In this document: piece by piece, positions 28,189 through 37,207 of the stretch
Numbering within the stretch: the first letter of the stretch is position 1
How the letters are laid out: every line of letters begins with the position of its first letter
The notes under the pieces: generated by a model
What the model saw: only the letters and a program-made list of their open reading frames with translations
What the model was told of the DNA's origin: nothing
Databases searched by the model: none
From: an uncultured virus (IMG/VR IMGVR_UViG_3300037418_002259)
Lineage: Duplodnaviria; Heunggongvirae; Uroviricota; Caudoviricetes
Virus record (IMG/VR): IMGVR_UViG_3300037418_002259
Length of the DNA stretch: 64,000 bases
Strand: one strand, 5' to 3'
Translations under genes and position numbers: made by a program

Positions 28189-28713
28189 GTGAGCGACCCT
28201 GAGAAGACAGCCGCCGAGGAGAGAGCCAAGACGCAGGCCGCTGGCGGCTATCTGCCGCGACTTCCTGACGGGTGGACCTACCAGATTGCCGTCGTGCCGA
28301 CGGCGAGCCTCAGTGTTCCGTACGGCCTCGTGCTGGAGCCGAAGCAACCGTTCGACACCGATCCGGGCGACTGGCGGGCGAAGGTGGTTCAACCCAAGCA
28401 CGCGTATGACCCGCGCCCGTACGACGGCGCGACTGTGGTCAAGAGGTTGCCGGCCGAAAGTCTGGCCGACGCGGCGCGGCAGGCGGCGGCAGCGGCGCGC
28501 TCACTCACTCGGATCAGCATCAAAGAGCAGGAGATCCGCGCCGAGCGCAGCAACCTCATCGACCAGCTCGGCGAGATCCCTGCTGTGGGTGACGACGCCG
28601 CCGGCGTGAGCGGCGGGCAGATCACCGTCTCCGCACCGTCGGCCGTGGACCCCGCCGAGGTAGTTTCCGCGGTCAAGGCGGCCGACCGGGCGAAGTCGGC
28701 CGAGCGCTTGTGA
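28189..28713 (+). CDS. Hypothetical protein
   Basis: GAGGA RBS; downstream of a class B promoter. Confidence 0.7.
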   Translation: MSDPEKTAAEERAKTQAAGGYLPRLPDGWTYQIAVVPTASLSVPYGLVLEPKQPFDTDPGDWRAKVVQPKHAYDPRPYDGATVVKRLPAESLADAARQAAAAARSLTRISIKEQEIRAERSNLIDQLGEIPAVGDDAAGVSGGQITVSAPSAVDPAEVVSAVKAADRAKSAERL

Positions 28714-28775
28714 CGAGCGCTAAGGGTGTGTACGCTCGGAGTGTGCCGGACGAGCAACCCGGCAAACAGGAGACC
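28708..28775 (+). promoter_or_regulatory. Class A promoter + leader hairpin + RBS-like box
   Basis: TTGTGA-17nt-TACGCT; TGCCGG-ACGAGCAAC-CCGGCA (28744-28764); AGGAGACC with no canonical start codon following. Confidence 0.75.
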
Positions 28776-28815
28776 GATCTTCACCACGCACTGAATGCGT
28801 AGCAACCCCTATGCA

Positions 28816-28859
28816 CGGTGGGGTGACCGGCTGGCAAGCGGGCCCCGGTCACCCCGCCG
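28816..28859 (+). terminator. Strong leader hairpin (terminator or attenuator)
   Basis: CGGTGGGGTGACCGG...CCGGTCACCCCGCCG, 15-bp stem. Confidence 0.55.
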
Positions 28860-28920
28860 CACCAACACACAAGGGGAAGCGTCCGCCTCGTGGTGGTGGG
28901 GAAACCCCGGAGGACATGCT

Positions 28921-30126
28921 ATGCCCGACACAACCCCAGACCCGCGATTAGTGCCGCAAGCAACCTGCCACAGGGACGGACGCACCCCCGGTCGACCAAC
29001 CGAACGCGTGTACGCCGAACCGGTCCGCGAACACGTCGAGGCGCTCATAACTGGCCAACAGGTCTCCGCGGCCGATATCGCCCGTGCCGCCGGCCTGAGT
29101 TCAGGGACCGTCCGCGGTCTACGGAAACTGCGCACGATGACACGGTTCAGCGCTGAAGCGCTTCTGAGAGTCACCCCCGAGTCGGCCAATGCTGCCCGCG
29201 TCCTGCTCGATGTAACTCCCGCCCGGGAGCACCTGCTGCAACTCCTCGAACAGGAGGACTGCAGCGCGGCAGCTATCACCGCGGCTTCAGGAATGGATGA
29301 CAAGCAGATCGCTGAGGTGCTCTCCGGCGTACGGTCCAAGATCCACCCCGACACGGAGAGAATCCTGCTGGGCTTGAACGCGTACGTCGTACGACGGAAC
29401 GCAGCGCTGGTGAGCCCGCGGCGAGCGATCACCCGACTCCGAGCGCTACAAGCCAACGGCCATGGCGTTTTCGCGCTTGGCGAGCGACTCGGCTTCGTCC
29501 GGAGGTCGCCGTACTACCTGACCTGGTCCGGGACCGGAAGGCGAATCACGCAGGACCAGGACCGGAAGGCCGAGGCTCTGTATCACGAGATCGGCGACCG
29601 GCCCGGCCCGTCACGCCGTGCAGCCGCGATCGCGCGGGACCTGGGCTACTACCCGCCGATTCATTACGACGAAGACATGCGTCTGATCCGGGAAAGCATC
29701 CCGGACCAGCGCTGGACCCCGCTCTCCTCTCCTGAGGACCGGGCCCGAACCAACCTGCGGATCCTGGGGTTGACGCTTCGGGAGTACACCGGCGCACAGA
29801 TCGCCGCACGAGTCGGCTACTCAGCGAAGAAGGTTGAGCGAATCCGGCGCGAGATTGGATTGCGGCTGGATTCCAATGCGTGCGACTCGCTCCTGCTGGA
29901 CTACATCAAGCCGGGCCAGGACGCGCTGGTCGAGCAGATCCGCCGCCACGTCGAGGATATCGACCTGAACGAGTCGCTGCCGATGGTCGACAAGCCCCAC
30001 CTGGACTACGTCGCACTATGGGACAGCCTGCGGCTGTCGGCCGAGCGTCTCCGCGCCGAGGTCGAGGCCTGGGAAGAGCACGCCGCCCGCGAGCACCAGG
30101 CGGCCGATCTTGCCAGCGTCGCGTAG
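28921..30126 (+). CDS. Multi-HTH DNA-binding protein, putative regulator
   Basis: GGAGG RBS; HTH-like SAADIARAAGLSSGTVRGL, SAAAITAASGMDDKQIAEV, TGAQIAARVGYSAKKVERIR. Confidence 0.75.
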   Translation: MPDTTPDPRLVPQATCHRDGRTPGRPTERVYAEPVREHVEALITGQQVSAADIARAAGLSSGTVRGLRKLRTMTRFSAEALLRVTPESANAARVLLDVTPAREHLLQLLEQEDCSAAAITAASGMDDKQIAEVLSGVRSKIHPDTERILLGLNAYVVRRNAALVSPRRAITRLRALQANGHGVFALGERLGFVRRSPYYLTWSGTGRRITQDQDRKAEALYHEIGDRPGPSRRAAAIARDLGYYPPIHYDEDMRLIRESIPDQRWTPLSSPEDRARTNLRILGLTLREYTGAQIAARVGYSAKKVERIRREIGLRLDSNACDSLLLDYIKPGQDALVEQIRRHVEDIDLNESLPMVDKPHLDYVALWDSLRLSAERLRAEVEAWEEHAAREHQAADLASVA

Positions 30127-30159
30127 GACAGGACGCTAAGCAGATGTACTCCGTACGGT
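30124..30159 (+). promoter_or_regulatory. Degenerate class B promoter
   Basis: TAGGACAGGACGCTAAG-13nt-TACGGT, 6 nt before ATG 30166. Confidence 0.55.
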
Positions 30160-30165
30160 GTGCCC

Positions 30166-30552
30166 ATGATCGCGATGGCAGCGTTCTGGCAGTCCTGGCT
30201 GACCGGGGAACCCTTCGGCGGCGAACGAGTCCTGGACAACACCGTCCGCCTGGTCACCATGCTCGTCGGAATACCGATCGCGCTGGTGTCGGTGAAGTTC
30301 GGCCTCCTGGCGCTGCGGAAGGGGCAACCGGACCGGGCGTGGGGAACGCTCGCGTACGCGCTGATGCTGCTCGTCCCGGCCGTCGGCCGAGCGATGTCGT
30401 TCGGGCAGCCCATCAACTGGGTCACGACCGGGATCTACGTCGCTGGCCTGGTTGCCTCCGGCATCGCCTTGTACTACCGCGCGCGGTGGGAGGCGTGGTG
30501 GACCCGCTCCCCCAAGCCGAAGCAGGAGAACACCGATGACACCGCTGAGTGA
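30166..30552 (+). CDS. 3-TM membrane protein (holin candidate)
   Basis: Three hydrophobic helices; apparently leaderless. Confidence 0.65.
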   Translation: MIAMAAFWQSWLTGEPFGGERVLDNTVRLVTMLVGIPIALVSVKFGLLALRKGQPDRAWGTLAYALMLLVPAVGRAMSFGQPINWVTTGIYVAGLVASGIALYYRARWEAWWTRSPKPKQENTDDTAE

Positions 30553-30877
30553 GCCGTTCCACCAGTACCTCGTGCTGGACATCATTCGCTGCCTGGTCGC
30601 GCCGGCTGCCTGGATCCTGTCGCTGGTGGTGGCCCGGCTCGCGATCTTGCGGTGGCGGAACCGTCGCGATGACGAGACCTGGGAGAAGCGCACCCACCCG
30701 ATTGCGATGCTGTCGTACACGATCGCCGTGTGCTTCATCGGCATCAGACGCGCCGACCAGCTCGGCGGGCCATTCGATCCGTACCTGCTGCCCGCCCTCG
30801 CGATCCTGACCACCGGCTACATCGGAGTGTTCATGCGGATCCGCGTGAAGTCGCCTCTGCGTAGGCGTCGCCGATGA
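30536..30877 (+). CDS. 3-TM membrane protein with basic C-terminus (holin candidate)
   Basis: AGGAG RBS; three TMs; RRRRR tail. Confidence 0.65.
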   Translation: MTPLSEPFHQYLVLDIIRCLVAPAAWILSLVVARLAILRWRNRRDDETWEKRTHPIAMLSYTIAVCFIGIRRADQLGGPFDPYLLPALAILTTGYIGVFMRIRVKSPLRRRRR

Positions 30878-31332
30878 AGTGCCTCACCTGCCACAGCGAG
30901 ATCGAGCACATCGCTGTGACGGTCGACCCGCGCACCGCCGAACTGGCGTTCCGCGCGAACTGCTCGCACGAACTCTCCTCCGACGCGGCGCACACGGCAT
31001 GGCGCGGCGGCAAGATTGCCATCAGCCCCGTGCCGTTCCCGAAGATCACCGGAGCCTCGCTCATCGCGGCAGAGCGCGCCCGGCAGATCACCGAGGAAGG
31101 CCACACCCCCGAAGCAGACGCCGAACTGCCCAGCGGCGTGCTCGCGTGGGCGGCATGGTCGCTCATCGACAGCGCCGGGGCAGACCATCCCGTCGAGCAA
31201 GCCCCTGCCGTGTGGCCGCTCCCCCGAGACCGGTGGCCCGCCACTACCAGCCCCCTACGTCGGCTGACCATCGCCGGCGCGCTCATCGCTGCAGAGATCG
31301 ACAGACGCCGAGCATCTGGAGAGACCCCATGA
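30874..31332 (+). CDS. Phage hypothetical protein (IAAERARQITEEG...LTIAGALIAAEIDR)
   Basis: Recurrent phage motif; ATGA coupling. Confidence 0.75.
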   Translation: MKCLTCHSEIEHIAVTVDPRTAELAFRANCSHELSSDAAHTAWRGGKIAISPVPFPKITGASLIAAERARQITEEGHTPEADAELPSGVLAWAAWSLIDSAGADHPVEQAPAVWPLPRDRWPATTSPLRRLTIAGALIAAEIDRRRASGETP

Positions 31333-31811
31333 CCATGCCCGACCCCATCTCCGTCGCCGACCTTGGGCTGCTGGACCGTGTGCGCGAGGCGGCAACGTCC
31401 GACAAGACGCTGTCCGCGGCGATCCACGATGCCGCTGGAGCCCTGGGCATCGACCTGCCGTGGCATGAGGCGGACGTGCTCGCGGAGGCGATCCGGGGCC
31501 ATTGGGAGTGTGAACGGCTTGCCTTCGAGATCGTCAGCCCAAGCCTCGCCCTGGACGACGTGCGGCCGGGGGTCCGCCGCCGCGTGCTGCACAACCTCCT
31601 TGAGCAGGCGGCCGAGACCGGCCTTGGGTTGGTAGCCGAACCGGTCGAAACGCTGCACCTCACGAGCCCCTTCCACTGTGGCCCTTTGACCGACCGGTCG
31701 TCATGGTCTCCTGCAATGACAGACGAGGAAGCAGACCAGGCGTCAGGGGCCGGCCAATTCCGGGTCCTCGTGCTGACGGGCCGGTTCCGCAAACTGGCAA
31801 AGGCCACCTGA
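31329..31811 (+). CDS. Hypothetical protein
   Basis: GGAG RBS; coupling. Confidence 0.65.
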   Translation: MTMPDPISVADLGLLDRVREAATSDKTLSAAIHDAAGALGIDLPWHEADVLAEAIRGHWECERLAFEIVSPSLALDDVRPGVRRRVLHNLLEQAAETGLGLVAEPVETLHLTSPFHCGPLTDRSSWSPAMTDEEADQASGAGQFRVLVLTGRFRKLAKAT

Positions 31812-32635
31812 TGTACCTTCTCGCTTCGATTCTTTGCCTCATCGGCGCGGTGGTGGTCGCCGCCGGTGGACGGTGGGCCGGCGGCTGGCTGGCGGACCAC
31901 CGCCGCGCGGCTGACGTGTCCGCGCCGGAACCGCGCCGAGAGATCGACATGGAGCGGCTGCATGAGATCGCCGCCGTACCAATCGAGGACATCATCAAGG
32001 CCGCCGAGTGGCGCGCCGAACACCCCGACGAGCCGCAACCGGAGATCCTCGCCAACCTCGACCCGGCCACCTGGGCGACCGAGCCGCCGCAGGTCCCGGC
32101 TCGGTCGCACAGCCTGCCTCCGCCGCCGAAACCGAGCGCGGGCGGCCCTACGTCAGCGCGAGCCGAGCTGAGCCCCGGCTACATCATGGTCGCGCCCCCT
32201 TCCGTCGAGCGTTTCGGTAGCGAACTCCTGAAGGCGATGAACCGCGGCGGGAAGGCCGTTGTCCTCTCTGCTGGCATGGAAGTCAAGCCGCTACCGGTCC
32301 GGCCGAACCCGTACGCCAGGTGCCGGCACGAAGACGCCGAACGCGAGGAGATCCGGTCACTCGACTCGGCAGAGCCGGTGAAGGTGATCGTGACGGAATG
32401 CCGGGACTGCGACCGGATCGCTGAACTGAGAACCGCGCTCGCAGCGCAGGCCGAGCGGATCAAGGCGATGGCCGCAGATTGGGCGATCGACGCGACCGGC
32501 CACTGCACCGTCACGTCGGCCCAACGCGACGCCTACCAAAGGGCCGTGGCCGACGCTCAGGAGATCAAGAAGCTGATCCTCGACATGGAATCCCGCGGGC
32601 AGACGAAGACGACCGGGCTTGGCTGGATGCTCTAG
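31811..32635 (+). CDS. Membrane-anchored hypothetical protein
   Basis: TGATG coupling; N-terminal TM; Pro-rich linker. Confidence 0.65.
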   Translation: MYLLASILCLIGAVVVAAGGRWAGGWLADHRRAADVSAPEPRREIDMERLHEIAAVPIEDIIKAAEWRAEHPDEPQPEILANLDPATWATEPPQVPARSHSLPPPPKPSAGGPTSARAELSPGYIMVAPPSVERFGSELLKAMNRGGKAVVLSAGMEVKPLPVRPNPYARCRHEDAEREEIRSLDSAEPVKVIVTECRDCDRIAELRTALAAQAERIKAMAADWAIDATGHCTVTSAQRDAYQRAVADAQEIKKLILDMESRGQTKTTGLGWML

Positions 32636-32664
32636 CCCTCGCCCCCCACAGAAAGGCATAGGCC

Positions 32665-32886
32665 ATGAATGACTGGAAGAAGGACGACCGCGCAGCGGTG
32701 ACCGAACGGCCCGAGCTGGTCGGAACCGTGACGAAGACTCCGCGCGGCGGCGACGTCGTCGAGGTCGCGCTCGACGGTGGCGGCACGGGCCGGTTCAAGG
32801 CCGGCGACCTCACCCCGGAGAAGGACGCGCCGTTGACGAACAAGACGTGGCCGCCGTCCGGCATCGAAACGAAGATCGCGACGTGA
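32665..32886 (+). CDS. Small SH3/KOW-like beta protein
   Basis: WKKDDRA...VGTV...VEVALD...F...DL pattern. Confidence 0.6.
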   Translation: MNDWKKDDRAAVTERPELVGTVTKTPRGGDVVEVALDGGGTGRFKAGDLTPEKDAPLTNKTWPPSGIETKIAT

Positions 32887-33203
32887 CGTACTACGACCAC
32901 CCGGCGATCGAGTACATCGAGCCCGGGGAGACGAAACGCGAGTGCTCGAAGTGCGGTGTCGAGGTGACGGGCGTGAAGGGCGTCAACCTCATGCACTTCG
33001 ACGAGCAGGTGCCGCTGATCACGGTCCCCCGTGAGTACATGGCCGCTGTCCGGCAGGCCACTGCGGCGATCGGGCAGGCGCAGTCGCAGATCACCAAGCG
33101 GGCGAGCGATGAGGAGCGTGCGCGGGCGGCTGCGGTCGCGCTGTATTCGGCTGGTCTGCTGCGGGTGAAGCCGGTGAAGCCGCGGGTGAAGACGACCCGC
33201 TAA
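32883..33203 (+). CDS. Hypothetical protein (CSKC)
   Basis: GTGA coupling. Confidence 0.6.
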   Translation: MTYYDHPAIEYIEPGETKRECSKCGVEVTGVKGVNLMHFDEQVPLITVPREYMAAVRQATAAIGQAQSQITKRASDEERARAAAVALYSAGLLRVKPVKPRVKTTR

Positions 33204-33313
33204 GGGTGTGTACTTCTGCGCTAAGGGTGTGTACGCTAATGCTCGACGCGACATTAACTACATGCCTGTAGCACCGTGAGGCCGGATGAGCGCCCGGCCG
33301 ACAGGAGACCGCC
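33199..33313 (+). promoter_or_regulatory. Composite element: two tandem class A cores + class B promoter + leader hairpin + RBS
   Basis: GCTAAGGGTGTGTAC twice (33199, 33220); CTCGACGCGACATTAAC-13nt-CACCGT; GGCCGG-ATGAGCGC-CCGGCC (33280-33299); AGGAGACC. Confidence 0.8.
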
Positions 33314-33742
33314 TTGAGCACCCCGAAGCACACCTTTGATCCGGACAGCAGCGGGCTCAGCTGTGACACCTGCTTGCTGCCGAAGAAGCACCCGAACCAC
33401 GACGTCGCCCGGACCCCGGTTGACGCGCCGTCCACGGTCGTCACCGTGAACCAGTCCCCGACCGCACAGGCCGCCGGCGAGGCCGCCGCGCTGCGGTCCG
33501 GGACCCTCCGCGCGAAGATCTACCACTGGATCGTCACCCGCCCACAGGGCGCGACCACCGACGAGGTCGAGGTCCACCTGGACCGGTCACACCAGTCGGT
33601 GTCGTCCGCGATGAACACCCTCGCCGGGAACGGGCACATCGTGCCGCTGGTCCAGGATGGTCGAGAGGTTCGCCGCGACACCCGCACCGGAAACCCTGCG
33701 ACCGTGTACGTGGCTGCCTCGGCACGAGTCGGTGTCGCATGA
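33314..33742 (+). CDS. Winged-HTH DNA-binding protein
   Basis: GATTDEVEVHLDRSHQSVSSAMNTLAGNG...RRDTRTGNPATVY. Confidence 0.75.
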   Translation: MSTPKHTFDPDSSGLSCDTCLLPKKHPNHDVARTPVDAPSTVVTVNQSPTAQAAGEAAALRSGTLRAKIYHWIVTRPQGATTDEVEVHLDRSHQSVSSAMNTLAGNGHIVPLVQDGREVRRDTRTGNPATVYVAASARVGVA

Positions 33743-34014
33743 CCCGCGACCAACTGCTAGCCCAACTGCTGATCGAGGGATCTATGCCGGGCCCGCTGCC
33801 TGGTGTCCCGTACGACTCGCCGGCTGACCAGAAGGCGCGGCGTGACGCGCTGCTCGCCGACCTGCGCGCCGTCGACAAGTACAACCCGCGTCGCGGTCCG
33901 CGTCCGCCCCGCAGAACGACACCGATCGGCGTAGCGGCCCCGGCTACAGCCGCCCGGTGCGCCAACTGCGGGTCACACAAGATCGAGACGACCCGACCGG
34001 TAGTGGCCGCATGA
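33739..34014 (+). CDS. Hypothetical protein
   Basis: ATGA coupling. Confidence 0.6.
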   Translation: MTRDQLLAQLLIEGSMPGPLPGVPYDSPADQKARRDALLADLRAVDKYNPRRGPRPPRRTTPIGVAAPATAARCANCGSHKIETTRPVVAA

Positions 34015-34352
34015 CGCGCAACTGCCGCTGCGCCCTCGCCGCAATCCCCGCCGATCCGGTCGAGGTCCTGGACACGACCGCGATCGAGCACCTCGACGAC
34101 GACTGGGCGATCCAGTGCGACGCCGTGAAGGACCTCCCCCAGTCCTGTGAACGCCGAAACCGCGCCGAGTACGTCGTCCAGCTGATCGCGTGCTGCCCGA
34201 AGACAGTAGGCGTCACCCGGCTGTGGTGCCAGACGTGCCTGGACGGGCTGCGGGCGCAGGTGTCCTGCAGATGCAACCACTGTGGCCGCAACTTTGCCCC
34301 GGCATCGTCCGTGATCCGCGCAGTCGAACCCCTGAACAGGAGGCCGCAATGA
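34011..34352 (+). CDS. Cys-rich hypothetical protein
   Basis: ATGA coupling. Confidence 0.6.
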   Translation: MTRNCRCALAAIPADPVEVLDTTAIEHLDDDWAIQCDAVKDLPQSCERRNRAEYVVQLIACCPKTVGVTRLWCQTCLDGLRAQVSCRCNHCGRNFAPASSVIRAVEPLNRRPQ

Positions 34353-35044
34353 ACGACCTCACCATCCCAGAGCGTGCGCTGACGATCCGTCAGCCCTGGG
34401 CGTCGCTGATCATGTCGGGCAACAAGCTGGTCGAGAACCGTGTCTGGGATACGCGCTGGCGTGGCACGTTCGCCGTCCACGCCGGCAAGAAGACTGACCA
34501 GCGCGGTCTAGACGCTGGCGCTGACCTGGGCATCGAGTTCGACGAACCGATGCCACGCGGCTACCTCGGAACGGTCGACCTCGTCGACGTCCACTTCGCC
34601 GCTGACGAGTGCTGCGGGTTCTGGGCAGAGCCGGGCGTCTACCACCTCCGGCTGGAGAACCCGCGCCCGTTCCCGAAGCCGATCCCGGGACGTGGCCGGC
34701 TCGGGCTGTACGTCGTACCGGACGAGATCCTGGCAGCGATCGAAGGCCGCGACTCTGAGTTCGTGTCGTACGACGACATGCTCGACACCGGGGCCACTGC
34801 ACGCCAGGTCGACTACTGGGCCCGGAAGCACTACCTCCGCCCCGTACAGGTCGATACAGGCCACGGCGTACCCCGTCAATGGCCGGCTGTGGAGCGCGAC
34901 GTCGCCCGCGTGATGGTGCGGCTGATCAAGGCCGGGCTCGCTGTCGACGTCGCCGCTCCGTCCGCGCGGCTCGCGGTCGAGCAGGACATGGCCGTCATCT
35001 CGATCGGCGACGGCATCTCCCTTTCCCTGCGCGAGGTGTGCTGA
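34349..35044 (+). CDS. ASCH-domain protein fused to a MerR-like HTH
   Basis: ALTIRQPWASLIMSGNKLVENRVW...RG...VHAG; C-terminal TGATARQVDYWAR. Confidence 0.8.
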   Translation: MNDLTIPERALTIRQPWASLIMSGNKLVENRVWDTRWRGTFAVHAGKKTDQRGLDAGADLGIEFDEPMPRGYLGTVDLVDVHFAADECCGFWAEPGVYHLRLENPRPFPKPIPGRGRLGLYVVPDEILAAIEGRDSEFVSYDDMLDTGATARQVDYWARKHYLRPVQVDTGHGVPRQWPAVERDVARVMVRLIKAGLAVDVAAPSARLAVEQDMAVISIGDGISLSLREVC

Positions 35045-35607
35045 TGGACGGCCTGTTCCCGCTCGCTGACGTCGCTGGCGAGCACCTGTCCGGCGCTGTG
35101 CTGTCGCAGTGCGAGCAGTACCGGTACACGCTCGATCGTGTCTGGGACGCGGGCCGCCCGGCCGCGTTGTTCGTCATGCTGAACCCTTCGGTTGCAGATG
35201 CGTCGGTGGACGACCCGACGATCGGCCGCTGCAAAGCGTTCGCCGAGCGTGAGGGCTGCGGCGCGTTGACCGTTGTCAACCTGTTCGCGCTCCGCTCGAC
35301 GAAGCCGGGCGGGCTCGCTCTGCACCCCGACCCTGTCGGCCCGGACAACGACGCGTGGGTGACTGTCGCGCTCGCCAACCGGCCATCTGTGGTCGTGGCC
35401 GCGTGGGGTGCCTACCCGGCTGCGGCCGGCCGCAAGATCCAAGCCATCGCGGACGACCGCGCCGCCACGATCCTGCGGATCCTCGCCGCGCACGACGTAC
35501 CGGTGAAGTGCCTCGGCACCACCAAAGACGGCTACCCGCGACACCCGCTGTACGTGCCCGGAACTCAACCCCTGATCGCATTCGACCCACGGAAGGCCGC
35601 CGCATGA
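35044..35607 (+). CDS. DUF1643-family protein
   Basis: YRYTLDRVW, FVMLNPSVADASVDDPT, VNLFALRST, VVAAWG, GYPRHPLY. Confidence 0.85.
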   Translation: MDGLFPLADVAGEHLSGAVLSQCEQYRYTLDRVWDAGRPAALFVMLNPSVADASVDDPTIGRCKAFAEREGCGALTVVNLFALRSTKPGGLALHPDPVGPDNDAWVTVALANRPSVVVAAWGAYPAAAGRKIQAIADDRAATILRILAAHDVPVKCLGTTKDGYPRHPLYVPGTQPLIAFDPRKAAA

Positions 35608-36290
35608 GACGACGCCGTTTCCCGAGCCTGATCCTGCTGGCCATCCTCGCCGTCTTCGCCGGCGCGGTCGCCTGGTCGCGCAGCGCACCGGACCTCGACC
35701 TCAACTACACCGCCCACACCGACGAGACCATCCTGCAGATGCTCGACCACGTCCAGGTCCTCGCCGACCGCCCGAACCCGCCCGGCTACGACCGCGACTG
35801 CGGGCCAAGCGACGGATGCGTATTCGGCACCGCGTGGAAGGACGTCGACCACAACGGCTGCGACACCCGAAACGACATCCTCGGCAAGCAACTGACCGAT
35901 GTCGTGTTCAAGCCCGGCACCCGGCAGTGCAAGGTGAAGTCCGGGAAGCTGCGCGACCCGTACACCGGGGGCAACCTGCTGTACCCGCAGGACCCGATCG
36001 AGATCGACCACGTGTTCCCGCTCGCGTACGCCTGGGACATGGGTGCCGCCGGCTGGCCGATCGAGCAGCGCACCAAGTTCGCGAACGACCCGGTGAACCT
36101 GCTCGCGACCAGCCGGACCAACAACCGCGCGAAGAGTGACAAGTCGCCCGCCGAGTGGACTGACCATGTCGCACCGACCGAGCGCTGCGGCTACGCCGAC
36201 CACTTCCTCACGGTCGCGCTCGCCTACCACCTGCCGATCACGAGAGCCGACGCGGACGCACTCCGCAAGGCCGCCAACAACTGCGTCTAA
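35604..36290 (+). CDS. Secreted or membrane-anchored HNH nuclease (DUF1524-type)
   Basis: N-terminal signal/TM; NGCDTRNDIL, DPYTG, IDHVFPLAYAW, FANDPVNL, NRAKSDK. Confidence 0.85.
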   Translation: MRRRRFPSLILLAILAVFAGAVAWSRSAPDLDLNYTAHTDETILQMLDHVQVLADRPNPPGYDRDCGPSDGCVFGTAWKDVDHNGCDTRNDILGKQLTDVVFKPGTRQCKVKSGKLRDPYTGGNLLYPQDPIEIDHVFPLAYAWDMGAAGWPIEQRTKFANDPVNLLATSRTNNRAKSDKSPAEWTDHVAPTERCGYADHFLTVALAYHLPITRADADALRKAANNCV

Positions 36291-36303
36291 CAGGAGATAA
36301 CTG

Positions 36304-36927
36304 ATGATGATTCGCCACCTCGCGGGCGTCGCCGCGATCGTCGTGATCGGCGGTGTCGCGTTCGTTGCCTGCAGCGACGACCAGCAGGCATGCGCTGCCA
36401 CGATCCCCGCCAGCCAGGCTGCCGAGCCGATGGCTCCGACCAGCCAGGCGTCTTCCAAGCCGGGCGGCACCAGGCCCGGCAGTACCCGTACGACGTCGAA
36501 GATCCAGGACAAGCCGGGTGGCACCTCGACCACGAGGACCACTACTGGCAGCGGCACGACGAGGACGACCACGACGATCAAACCGAACTGGAAGTCGTCC
36601 ACCAAGCCCACCACGTGGGACGGGTACAAGCAGGACCGCAACTGGTCGCAGCCGTACGCGAAGAACAAGCCGGTCCCGCAGCAGCCGGTCATCGTGCACG
36701 TCTACAACCACGACTACCGCACCTACCCCGGCTATGTCGGGTACTACCCGGTCGGTGTGTGGCCGATCGGGTACGGCGAGAGGTACGGCTGTGTCGCTGA
36801 GAGCGAGTCGACACCGCAACCGACCGAGAACCCGTCAGCTGCGCCGGCAACGGTGACCGTCACGGCCCCGCCGCCCGTCACCGTGACCGTGCCCCCGTCA
36901 GCGACACCGAGCGAGACACCGCGATGA
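36304..36927 (+). CDS. Putative lipoprotein, Thr/Pro-rich
   Basis: AGGAG RBS; signal peptide ending FVAC. Confidence 0.7.
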   Translation: MMIRHLAGVAAIVVIGGVAFVACSDDQQACAATIPASQAAEPMAPTSQASSKPGGTRPGSTRTTSKIQDKPGGTSTTRTTTGSGTTRTTTTIKPNWKSSTKPTTWDGYKQDRNWSQPYAKNKPVPQQPVIVHVYNHDYRTYPGYVGYYPVGVWPIGYGERYGCVAESESTPQPTENPSAAPATVTVTAPPPVTVTVPPSATPSETPR

Positions 36928-37169
36928 GCTACGCAAAACCGAAGGCACTCCCAGCCGACTTCGACCGGACGTACGAACTCACCGAAGAGCAGCGTGTCGC
37001 TCTCCCCGCGGAGTACCACCAGCCCGTCTGGATGGACCTGTCCACACCGAAGGGCTGGATCTGCGCGCAGTGCTGGGGCGACGGCTGGTGCAGTGATTGG
37101 CCGTGCGCTGTGGCGGCCACGGGCGGCAAGGCCGTAGCCCGCGCGGGTGGCCTGCAGGTGGCCGAATGA
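36924..37169 (+). CDS. Small Zn-binding hypothetical protein (CAQC...WPC)
   Basis: ATGA coupling. Confidence 0.65.
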   Translation: MSYAKPKALPADFDRTYELTEEQRVALPAEYHQPVWMDLSTPKGWICAQCWGDGWCSDWPCAVAATGGKAVARAGGLQVAE

Positions 37170-37207
37170 GCCGCGGCAGCAAGATCGAGTGGACCGACGG
37201 TGGGTAG
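37166..37207 (+). pseudogene. Orphan 5' fragment of a DUF5131 gene (MSRGSKIEWTDGG*)
   Basis: Matches the typical DUF5131 N-terminus (S-K-I-E-W-T-D); ATGA-coupled; stop overlaps the HNH start. Confidence 0.65.

Noticed and set aside
27869..28192. 107-aa ORF after the Zn-binding gene
   Set aside because: It is ATGA-coupled and may be real, but it runs through a class B promoter and has no recognisable motif; support is too weak to call.
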